Shown piece after piece: positions 1 to 8,800 of a DNA stretch of 64,000 bases (position 1 is its first letter; each line of letters opens with the position of its first letter). Made by a program: the position numbers and the translations under genes. The notes under the pieces were generated by a model. The model was not told the origin of the DNA. It searched no databases and saw only the letters and a program-made list of their open reading frames with translations. The stretch spans positions 1-64,000 of IMG/VR virus record IMGVR_UViG_3300027963_000048. One strand, given 5' to 3'. Source of the DNA: a virus.

Positions 1-143
1 CAACCACACGGTGTGCCCGACTACTGATCGTTGGTTACGTATGCTAAGAATAGTCTCAATTTGAGTAGACACTGATAATCTCGCAACCGGTAATCTATTA
101 TATGTAAATTTGGCGGAGCGAATATATAATTAATAAGTTAATA

Positions 144-410
144 TTGTACAAGTTAGCCAATATGGATAGAAGCTTTATGCAGCGTCCAATGTTTAATGTC
201 TGCGAACCGTTTTTGGACGTTTACGTCGTACAGTTGAACGTAGAAATGAAGGATATGCTACTAGACGTATTAGACCAATGTGGTGTATTAGAGAAAGAAC
301 TATATGCTTTTAAAAGGTCGTTGCAAAACCCAACTGCCAGTCGTGAACTCCGCACTCAAAAAAAACGCAGAGAATCTAACGAAGAACGTAACGACGATTG
401 GTCTACGTGA
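144..410 (+). CDS. hypothetical protein (start uncertain)
   Basis: 88-aa ORF after an AT-rich leader; no recognisable motif. Confidence 0.35.
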   Translation: MYKLANMDRSFMQRPMFNVCEPFLDVYVVQLNVEMKDMLLDVLDQCGVLEKELYAFKRSLQNPTASRELRTQKKRRESNEERNDDWST

Positions 411-450
411 GCACTTCGAAAGAATAAGCTTGATCCGTGGCGTCCTACGT

Positions 451-1245
451 ATGGATTTGAACTTCTACACCAATCAGTCTCCGATCTCGGACGAAACACT
501 CCTTAATCATCGGTTTTGTGATACTGACTTTAAAATAGACAGAAACGCTACAGAGCATGCTATATTCACAGCGCAAGGCGAAAAGATCGCCTTCCTGAAA
601 TATAACATCTACCGAAAGCAATTGAGAGAAGCATTATTTAGGGAGGACATAGATTTCGTAGAATTATCCACGCTCAAGCACACCTACGACGATCTTAGGC
701 ATATGATAGCTTCCTGCTATGCGAGTCTTGCACATTTCGCCACTACCAAATACGAAAGCCAACGTACCAGGAACGCCACATATGAAGATGAATACGAGAT
801 GTGCTGCTTAACATTGATGCGGTCGATCGATCTTTATAACCCCGCCCTCGGATTTAGATTTTCCACCTACGTAATGAAAGGGATGTTGACGAACCTTTAT
901 AGCAAAGTCCATAGCAATAGATCTAACATCATGAAAGTCTGGAATAAGACCTCTTCCTGGGATTGCGAATATGGTCAAGAGACTAACATTTCAGATTATG
1001 ACTGGCGCAAAATAGATCTCAAAGCAGATTGCAAAGACCTCGTAAATTATGGATTCAAGAATCTAACGCCAAATCAGCAGCATGTTGTAATATACCGCTT
1101 CGGCTTAGGGGTGACGCCTAGGACGTTGGAAGAGATCTCACAGCAATTAGGCGTTACTAGGGAACGAGTTAGGCAAATCGAAAGCAAGGCAATCAGAACG
1201 TTGCAATTGACATGTGAAAAATTCAGGGAGGCGATCCATGATTGA
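451..1245 (+). CDS. sigma-70 family RNA polymerase sigma factor
   Basis: Region 2 LMRSIDLYNPALGFRFSTYV; region 4 LTPNQQHVVIYRFGLGVTPRTLEEISQQLGVTRERVRQIESKAI. ATG at 451 preferred over 304, which overlaps the upstream ORF. Confidence 0.9.
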   Translation: MDLNFYTNQSPISDETLLNHRFCDTDFKIDRNATEHAIFTAQGEKIAFLKYNIYRKQLREALFREDIDFVELSTLKHTYDDLRHMIASCYASLAHFATTKYESQRTRNATYEDEYEMCCLTLMRSIDLYNPALGFRFSTYVMKGMLTNLYSKVHSNRSNIMKVWNKTSSWDCEYGQETNISDYDWRKIDLKADCKDLVNYGFKNLTPNQQHVVIYRFGLGVTPRTLEEISQQLGVTRERVRQIESKAIRTLQLTCEKFREAIHD

Positions 1246-2134
1246 TGAACTGCAGGCGCTACGCCAATCCATACATCACAATTTAGTCACATTGGACGAA
1301 TTAATTCGACGGTTAGAAGCACCCATCAAGCCGACCATTATTGCGCCGGAATCAGCATGGCCTGATCTTCTAGATCCCGAGTGGCCAGCTGCTTGGCCCC
1401 AACATCTTATTTCTGATTGTCATACTCTACAAGAGAAGACTTATCGAGCCATACAGATTGCGTCTAGCTACGATATAGCTCTGCTAAAAGATTGTAGGAT
1501 CTTAGACTTTGGCTGCGGAGATGGTCTAGTAGCAAATGAATTAGTTAAGCGCGGAGCGTCTGCCGTATGTGCCTATGACATTGCACCTGATAAAGCTTGG
1601 GACGGCATCGATAATTCCAAGATCACATTTATCACCGATCTAGAATCAGTGCTAGTTAACGCTCCGTATAACACGATTATCTTGCACGACGTTATCGATC
1701 ATGTGCCGTCAAGCACTTTGGAGCCAGCATTAAAACAAATTTTGGACGTATGCGCTAACGACGTTCGATTAATAATCACAGCTCATCCATTTACTAGTCG
1801 CCATGGTGGCCATGTATACGATGCCAAAAATTTGGCTTACCTACAACTGTTGTATAGTGAAGACGAGCTTGCATCTAAACAAATCAGGTGCCCATACAAC
1901 AACCGCTGGTCTAGGCCGCAAGCAGCTTACGAGAACGTGTTTAAGCGCCTAGGCTTAAACATCATGCGCAAAGAGGTAGATGTAGACCAGTTAGAGCCTT
2001 GGATTGTGAATAGGTTACTACCAATTATTGTTAAGCGAATCTATGATAACCAGATCTCTATGGATCAAGCAGAGAAAATCTTATCAGTATCATGGGTCCA
2101 ATATCTATTGGGCGCTGGAGCTAAAAATGAATAA
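1238..2134 (+). CDS. class I SAM-dependent methyltransferase
   Basis: Motif I ILDFGCGDG, AYDI, IILHDVIDHV; ATG at 1238 coupled to the sigma stop. Confidence 0.85.
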   Translation: MIDELQALRQSIHHNLVTLDELIRRLEAPIKPTIIAPESAWPDLLDPEWPAAWPQHLISDCHTLQEKTYRAIQIASSYDIALLKDCRILDFGCGDGLVANELVKRGASAVCAYDIAPDKAWDGIDNSKITFITDLESVLVNAPYNTIILHDVIDHVPSSTLEPALKQILDVCANDVRLIITAHPFTSRHGGHVYDAKNLAYLQLLYSEDELASKQIRCPYNNRWSRPQAAYENVFKRLGLNIMRKEVDVDQLEPWIVNRLLPIIVKRIYDNQISMDQAEKILSVSWVQYLLGAGAKNE

Positions 2135-2492
2135 TTCTTTCAACGTGCTAATCTTAAAATTATTCGAAGCAAGGCAAATAGCGCACCTTGCACACTTTGC
2201 TACCAAGTCATTTTCTAAACACGAGGCTCTAGATGTCTTTTACACACAATTGCTACCGCTGATTGATGAATTAGTAGAAGTGTACCAAGGCGAATTTGGC
2301 TTGATCGAACTTGCTAGCATCTCACCAGCGCAATTGTCGCAAGAGATGACTCCGTACTTGCGACAATTGGCTAAGCAATTGAAATCAGCCAATCAGAACT
2401 TATCTGGCTCTTATTCTTACTACGCTAATATTATCGATGAAATAACGGCTTTAGTCTACCGGACGGTTTATAAATTAGAAAACCTTGGCTAA
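2127..2492 (+). CDS. Dps/ferritin-like four-helix protein (DUF5856-type phage family)
   Basis: AHLAHFATKSFSKHEALDVFY...IDELVEVYQG...NIIDEI..LVYRTVYKL pattern; ATG at 2127 overlaps the upstream gene end. Confidence 0.75.
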   Translation: MNNSFNVLILKLFEARQIAHLAHFATKSFSKHEALDVFYTQLLPLIDELVEVYQGEFGLIELASISPAQLSQEMTPYLRQLAKQLKSANQNLSGSYSYYANIIDEITALVYRTVYKLENLG

Positions 2493-2779
2493 TGTTACAG
2501 CTAACCAACTCGATTTACAGCTTAGCGATAAAGAAGCGCCTAGACGCATTGTATACCAGTGATGTTACCACTCAGGCCGCATTTGACTTTATTAAAAGAC
2601 ATATTCCAGATGGCTTTGCAATATTTCCACTATCTTGCGAGGACTTTGTAATATACGATAGTGGAAATGGCAAGGCGTCAAGCGTATTAATCACGGCATC
2701 TGATCTTGATAGGCCAGATTTCGATAGTTGGATAATAGCTTATATGCTTGATGCTGCCTCCTCGTCATCATCTAGATAG
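2492..2779 (+). CDS. hypothetical protein
   Basis: 95-aa ORF, TAATG-coupled to the upstream gene. Confidence 0.6.
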   Translation: MLQLTNSIYSLAIKKRLDALYTSDVTTQAAFDFIKRHIPDGFAIFPLSCEDFVIYDSGNGKASSVLITASDLDRPDFDSWIIAYMLDAASSSSSR

Positions 2780-3099
2780 TCAAAATACTCGTTCTCATCA
2801 TCTTCGTCGTCGTCATCATCATCTTCGTCATCATCTTCGTCGTCATCATCTTCGTCGTCATCATCATCTTCGTCATCATCTTCGTCGTCATCGTCATAAT
2901 CTTCGTCATCGTCCTCATCTTCATCTTCATCATCTTCTTCTTCATCGTCGTAGTCGTCCTCATCATCAAGATCGTCGCTGTCACCGAATCCATCTAGATC
3001 GTCGTCATCGATGTCAATATTACAAACAGCGATGTCTGACCATTTGGTGCAGCACGGGTCAATTATAGAGTAGCTAATTTGGAACGCATCATAAACCAT
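2740..3099 (-). CDS. extremely acidic (Asp/Glu tract) small protein
   Basis: GGAG RBS before ATG at 3099; C-terminal two-thirds almost all D/E. Confidence 0.65.
   Translation of the reverse strand: MVYDAFQISYSIIDPCCTKWSDIAVCNIDIDDDDLDGFGDSDDLDDEDDYDDEEEDDEDEDEDDDEDYDDDDEDDDEDDDDDEDDDDEDDDEDDDDDDEDDENEYFDYLDDDEEAASSI
2790..3010. repeat. low-complexity (TCA/TCG/TCT)n tract encoding poly-D/E on the minus strand
   Basis: Imperfect tandem tcatcatcttcgtcg units. Confidence 0.85.
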
Positions 3100-3123
3100 A
3101 TTAGTCTCCACTTAGGGGTCACT

Positions 3124-3354
3124 ATGTTATCTTTACTGCTAGTCGAAGATACTGGAGAGAAGCTAGGTAAAATTAATCTCTATAAAACAGAGCCTTTCGA
3201 TTTTACCTCTACGCAAATCCAAAATATTAGAGCCGCATCCGCAAGGCTTTTTGCGCAATCAAATGGCGTGTACGAATGGATTTTAACTGACCAGCCCGGT
3301 ACGGTAAATCCAAGTGTAACCACTACCACCACGACAGTTAAGCCTAAGCTTTAG
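3124..3354 (+). CDS. hypothetical protein with C-terminal Thr tract
   Basis: ATG at 3124 after AGGGG; ends PSVTTTTTTVKPKL. Confidence 0.55.
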   Translation: MLSLLLVEDTGEKLGKINLYKTEPFDFTSTQIQNIRAASARLFAQSNGVYEWILTDQPGTVNPSVTTTTTTVKPKL

Positions 3355-4127
3355 ACTTTGCGGTATTGAGTGAGGACTTCGAATTTTCCAATCTCGTATT
3401 CGACCAGCTCGTAGTCGCCGAAAATATTCGGAGCCTCTTCCTTCATTACTAATAAGATAGCAATAGCTAAAGTCCGTATCTCATCATCAGCATGACGAGT
3501 TCCACGTAGCTCTATGAAATGCCTTAAAGCTCGCGCATTAGCAGTAACAAAAATCTTCGTCTCAGTAGCATTTGGCAATACACTGCGTGCAGCCTGCCTT
3601 GCTTGCTTCCTCCTTGATGTCCTATCGGTTACGTGCGCAAGTTTAGCATTTAACTTTTCAGCTAATTCGCAATAACCATCATGAGCAGCTTGCACAGTTT
3701 TTAACCAAATCTCGTGTAGCTCTGGGTCCGCTGCTATAATCTCCGGCTCCACGTATTCAGCTACCGATTCGTCAACGTACCTCTGGCTTAATTGGCTGTA
3801 TCCGAATCCAGCTCGGTGACGTACCAGTTCATGGGTAAGGCTTCTGCTTATGTCTGTGATTACAAGATTCCACATGCCGTGCTCAAGCACGCTACCGTGG
3901 CCCACCTCTAATATGTGACTAAGATATGCTTTGTTGCCACCTGGCCTAGGTTTTGCGAAGCTCATATAGCAGATGCGTCCGGCCATCTCGGTTAGCAATT
4001 CTGCGGGCTCATTGGTATCAGACTCCCACTGTACTTCATGATCGTCTAGGAATTGCTTGATCTCATCCTGGTCGCACATTTGTCGACCAACCACATACAC
4101 AGAAGGTTGGCTAGCCACCTTAATCAT
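3351..4127 (-). CDS. thyX: FAD-dependent thymidylate synthase
   Basis: GHGSVLEH, THELVRHRAGFGYSQLSQRY (RHRx7S motif), ARSVLPNATET, NARALRHFIELR. Confidence 0.97.
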   Translation of the reverse strand: MIKVASQPSVYVVGRQMCDQDEIKQFLDDHEVQWESDTNEPAELLTEMAGRICYMSFAKPRPGGNKAYLSHILEVGHGSVLEHGMWNLVITDISRSLTHELVRHRAGFGYSQLSQRYVDESVAEYVEPEIIAADPELHEIWLKTVQAAHDGYCELAEKLNAKLAHVTDRTSRRKQARQAARSVLPNATETKIFVTANARALRHFIELRGTRHADDEIRTLAIAILLVMKEEAPNIFGDYELVEYEIGKFEVLTQYRKV

Positions 4128-4186
4128 CGTATCCCCCCAATTCTGTAGATAACTGAACCATTTAAATTAAATACAGTCAGAAACAA

Positions 4187-4942
4187 ATGTCAGATAAGCA
4201 GTTATTTTTCACAGCTTCAACTGGCACGAAATTAAGATTTCCAAATTATTGGCGAATGTTTCTAAAGAGCCTCAAAGTAGCCCTTGATAACACGTCCTTC
4301 AAAGTACATCTTGTATTCGATGGAAACACGCTGCTAGACGATATCCCGAAAGATGTGAACGTCATCCGATACCAACACAGGATGCTACATCGATTCGAAC
4401 GCAGTCCGAGAAATAACCATTTAAAATGGCTCGACACCTGTCGTAGCACCTACCTTAAAACTGAAATTCCGTTTATAGCTCATAACCTTGGGTTTAGCAA
4501 TAATGTGCTGTACGCCGACATCGATTGCTTTTTGTTACAAGACTTTGTTATAGGATATACAGGAAAACCGTTTTGGGCTGGGTCGGCCAAAAACACCGAC
4601 AAGACACATTTCTGTCCAGGGTTAATGATATATCATGTGGGCAAGATGCTAGAGTTTGACATTGAAATCTTAGACCATATAGACAAGCACCTTGAAGGCA
4701 ATAATTCGTTTGACTTCGATGATCTGAATGCGATATTTCCGTTAGGATCGTACGGATTGTTGCCGCTAGAATATAACTGGAAGCCCGTGTGGGGAATCGA
4801 TGCTAATATTAAAGTGTTGCATTTCGCAGGCGCTAAGCCTAATTCGATCGAAGATAAGACAAGATTGCCGTTTGTTAGGCACTTGATAGACCCTAACCCA
4901 ACCGCATTCAATTACTATAGCGATTGGTTCGAAACACTTTAA
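4187..4942 (+). CDS. glycosyltransferase, GT8-like
   Basis: VLYADID (DxD), LPLEYNWK, VLHFAGAKP. Confidence 0.75.
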   Translation: MSDKQLFFTASTGTKLRFPNYWRMFLKSLKVALDNTSFKVHLVFDGNTLLDDIPKDVNVIRYQHRMLHRFERSPRNNHLKWLDTCRSTYLKTEIPFIAHNLGFSNNVLYADIDCFLLQDFVIGYTGKPFWAGSAKNTDKTHFCPGLMIYHVGKMLEFDIEILDHIDKHLEGNNSFDFDDLNAIFPLGSYGLLPLEYNWKPVWGIDANIKVLHFAGAKPNSIEDKTRLPFVRHLIDPNPTAFNYYSDWFETL

Positions 4943-4952
4943 AACTGCGACG

Positions 4953-5276
4953 TTATACTGGCAGTGCGCTTACTGGTCCTGTGGGTGCTGACCGTGCTTC
5001 TGGTGGTGCTTGTTCTGCTGGTGGTAATGGCACTGGTTTTGAGTAGAATTGTGATAATATCTCATACTTGAAGTCGTCAGCTACTTTGCTCAATAATACA
5101 GAGCAATCGAATGCCTGGCCTCGGAAAAAGATATTAGGTCTTGGGCTAGCGAAGTTTTTAGAAATTAGGACGGTTAGATCGAAACCGTATTTTTCTAGAA
5201 GCGGACCTGCTTCTTTGAGGAATTCCTGGAATTTCTCATTCTGTTTTTGGATTTCAATTTCGGGGCTTTCTGCCAT
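4953..5276 (-). CDS. hypothetical protein
   Basis: 107-aa ORF with GGAG RBS and Pro-rich tail. Confidence 0.6.
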   Translation of the reverse strand: MAESPEIEIQKQNEKFQEFLKEAGPLLEKYGFDLTVLISKNFASPRPNIFFRGQAFDCSVLLSKVADDFKYEILSQFYSKPVPLPPAEQAPPEARSAPTGPVSALPV

Positions 5277-5874
5277 GAGAACTTCTCCGTTATCTGAAAG
5301 TCAAGAGATCCACGAATTATTTACATTGATGCAGGCTGTTTATGCATCTGAAAGAATAATCATCAGACAGCAACCTGACACACCTTTCGAAAAATCATAT
5401 GCATATCGGTACGTTAAGTCTCTTAATGATAGACTTAAATCTTGGGAATTTAATAAAGCGCAAACCGAATACTTCATTAAATTCGTAATAAGGTATGTGA
5501 AAAACAAAAAAATCGGCATTAAGGGTTTCAGTGTGTTCCATCAGAAGAATCTCCTAGAATCATGTCTTAAACAAGTGTTGACTGATTTAGAATCATTTAA
5601 GCGGTTTAGGAAGAATTATGCTTTACTGATGAAATGGCTTCGGGAGCAAGCTAGAGATACTGACTTAAAAACTATATTACTTAAGCGCGTTAATGGTCTT
5701 TCAAATCTGCTCTTGTGGTACAAATCGAGTAGAATAACTGACGATATGCTAGCCGTATCGAAAGAGTTAATGGAATCACTTGATGGTTTGCCGCCAGCTG
5801 AACGTCAGTTACTGCCAAGCAATGTTCAGTTATTTCTTCTTCGTGGTAGATTAAAAGAACTCTCAAACGTATAG
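5275..5874 (+). CDS. hypothetical protein, possibly T4 gp59-like helicase loader
   Basis: Basic helical ~200 aa; PFEKSYAYRYVKSL and NGLSNLLLWYKSSRIT loosely resemble gp59 segments from memory; start 5275 or 5329. Confidence 0.4.
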   Translation: MRTSPLSESQEIHELFTLMQAVYASERIIIRQQPDTPFEKSYAYRYVKSLNDRLKSWEFNKAQTEYFIKFVIRYVKNKKIGIKGFSVFHQKNLLESCLKQVLTDLESFKRFRKNYALLMKWLREQARDTDLKTILLKRVNGLSNLLLWYKSSRITDDMLAVSKELMESLDGLPPAERQLLPSNVQLFLLRGRLKELSNV

Positions 5875-5882
5875 GAGTGGCT

Positions 5883-8800
5883 ATGTTAGGTGTGTCAAAA
5901 GCGATCAACCCACGCGATTATTTTAGCCTTGATGTAAAATTCCTTAAGCAATACGAGGCTAAAAAGCCTAACTTCGGATTCAATGGATTGGGTGAACTTG
6001 TATTTTTCAGGACTTATTCTCGCCTTAAACCAGATGGGTCGAAAGAATCATTCTTTGATTGCATCAAGCGTGTTGTAGAAGGATGCTACGAAATACAACG
6101 GCGCCATTGCGTTTCTTTGCACATCCCATGGAACTTTAAAAAAGCGCAAGAAAGCGCCCAAGAGATGTTTCAGAGGATGTGGGACTTCAAATTCTTACCT
6201 CCTGGCCGCGGACTTTGGATGATGGGCACGGACTTCATGTGGTCTAGACTTGGCGCCGCATTGAATAATTGCTTCGATGGCAAGACAGAGATCATTACTA
6301 GAGATGGTGTTAAACAAATCGGATTGCTGGTAGGCACCGAACAGGAGTTGTTGACTACTGGTGGTAAATGGGTGAAAGCACCAATTAAATCATTTGGTGT
6401 ACAGGAATTATATAAACTGACGCTAGAGCGGGCTGGCGTCCAGAAGATTATCTATACTACTGCGGGCCATCGTTGGTTCGCTAAAGATTTACGTAAAACG
6501 CAAACTGTCGCTATTGAAGATACGTCTGGTGTAATTGTTAAAAAGCGACAGCATATTGGCTATAAAGAAGTAACAACAGTCAACCTGACTGAGCATCATA
6601 TGATGCAATCTGTGTATGGCAGTGGTGTCAATGGCAACGTCAGACCTAGTGCTTTTGGTGTTGCGCATGGCATTGCCTATGGTGATGGCACAACTGGTCA
6701 AGATTCTGAATCGTGTGGCACTTATCTCTATCTGTGTGAGCATAAAAATGAGGAATTATTAGAATATTTCCCCAATTGCCCTACTTCGTTCGATAAGGAA
6801 AAGGGCGTTGAAGGGGCAGTTAGAGTAGCTGACTTGCCTAGATTTTTCAGGCGGAAACCGTCTCTACGTGAATCTAAGAGCTATTTATATGGATGGTTGG
6901 CTGGATATTTTGCAGCTGACGGCACCATCAACACTAAGGGCAATCAGATATACATAGCTAGTAGCGAATACGATAACATGTTATTAGTGCGTGATGTTTG
7001 TGCTGTTCTTGGCATAGGCACAAATTCAATAGTCCAGACTACGCAAACAGTTACCCATGATGGCATCAAGAAAAAATTCATAGGATATAAAATTGGTATT
7101 ATGCCGATCCATCTTAATGAAGACTTCTTTTTGCTTTCTGAGCATAAGAAGCGGTTTTTAGATCATCGTAGCCATCGCGATAGGCCATTATACAAGTGGC
7201 ATGTTAAGTCTGTTGAACAGACTGGTGAATTTGCCGAAGTTTATTGTCCGCAAGTCCCAGATACACAGGCTTTTGCACTTGCAGATAACATATTAACTGG
7301 CAATTGTGCATTTATCAGCACTGATGATACCATAGAAGCCGATCCAGCAGAGCCATTCTGTTTTTTGATGGATATGGCGATGCTAGGTGTTGGAGTGGGT
7401 TTCGATACTAAAGGTAAAGACAGGATCGCTATAAAGAATCCATCTGCTAAAACCGTGGGATATCAAATAGAAGACTCACGTGAAGGTTGGGTAGAGTCAT
7501 TAAGGATGCTATTGCATTCTTACACGCTTAAGTATAAAGATGGTAAAGTAAAATTCGATTATTCGCTGATTAGACCAAAAGGTAGCCCAATCAATGGATT
7601 CGGTGGCACTGCAGCTGGTTCTGGGATCTTGGTGGAGCTGCACAACGCAGTTATCGCATTATTAGATAGCCGAGTCGGTAAAAAACTATCTAGCGTCGAT
7701 ATTACCGACATCATGAACATCATTGGTAAATGTGTTGTTGCTGGCAATGTTAGGCGTTGTTTGCCTAAAGGCACATTGGTCCACTTAAAAAGAGGTTTAA
7801 CACCAATCGAACAGGTGAGGGTTGGCGATTTAGTGTTAACAGCTGATGGATATTATCCAGTCATTGAGAATGTTAAACAGGGCGTTCAGCGGGTTGTTAC
7901 TATTAAAAATCAGATGGGTAAGTTCAGATGTACTGATCGACACCGCATTGCTATTATGTCTGGTGTTGGAAAATATGAGTGGAAGCGCGCCAAAGAACTA
8001 GTTAAAGATGATAGGATGGTGTTTGTAGATGCGATAATTCCAGGCGTCACAACTGCACTGCCTAGCGACACCGATGCGTCAACACGCGGTAACCAAATGA
8101 TCGTGCCTAATCTAACAACCGATGTGGCGTGGTTTATTGGCGCTATCCATGGTGATGGTTATGTGTATGATGGACGAGCATACAAAGGTCGTAAACACCA
8201 CGGTTCGTCTGTCTCCATCTCTGTGAATAGAGATGAATACCATGATGGGATGATCGAAAAAATAAGTACTGGCTTCGCAATGTTTGGATTTACTGCTAGA
8301 GAGCAGTCAAGCCATGATAATAGCCACAAATTACGAGTGACGTCACGAAAATTAGCGTCGTATTTTCACAAAAATTTAAAGACTGCTAAGACACCTCTAG
8401 ACGTGCCAGAATTCATTTTGTGTGGTATGCCAGAGATCAGAGCTGCATATTTGGCTGGACTGCTAGATACGGATGGATCTACCAAAAATAGACCTACTGT
8501 ATTACTGGCCAGCGTTTATGCCAAATTCATTAAGCAAGTGCAAGCGGTGTATTCAAGCCTTGGAATACCTACAAAGTGTGTGCTTAGAGCTGAAGAAGAT
8601 GGCACTAACCAAGCTAAATGGGAATTACATTTGGTTGGTGAAATGGCGATTTCAAAGTTCAATGAACTTGTTCAACAATATGCTGTTAAGCAATTGCGTG
8701 TAATGACTGGATATAGTGGCCATGACTATGGATTTCCTTCAGCATGGGTTGACAAGAGCACCATCGATTATGGTCGTTCATGGAGTCCGCAGCAAGCACA

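Noticed and set aside
304-450. Extended N-termini given by the ORF track (also 2028, 5068, 12309, 18960, 43127 and 36456)
   Set aside because: They overlap neighbouring genes; downstream starts have better RBS or stop-start coupling.
1238-2134. Methyltransferases at 1238, 23067, 25077 and 36393 as DNA methyltransferases of a restriction-modification system
   Set aside because: They lack DPPY/NPPY or PC catalytic motifs and have no adjacent nuclease; they look like small-molecule or sugar methyltransferases.
2748-3068. His/Arg-rich plus-strand ORF and Met/Thr/Lys-rich ORF 2772-2993
   Set aside because: Alternative-frame shadows of the poly-D/E trinucleotide tract; the acidic frame has the RBS.
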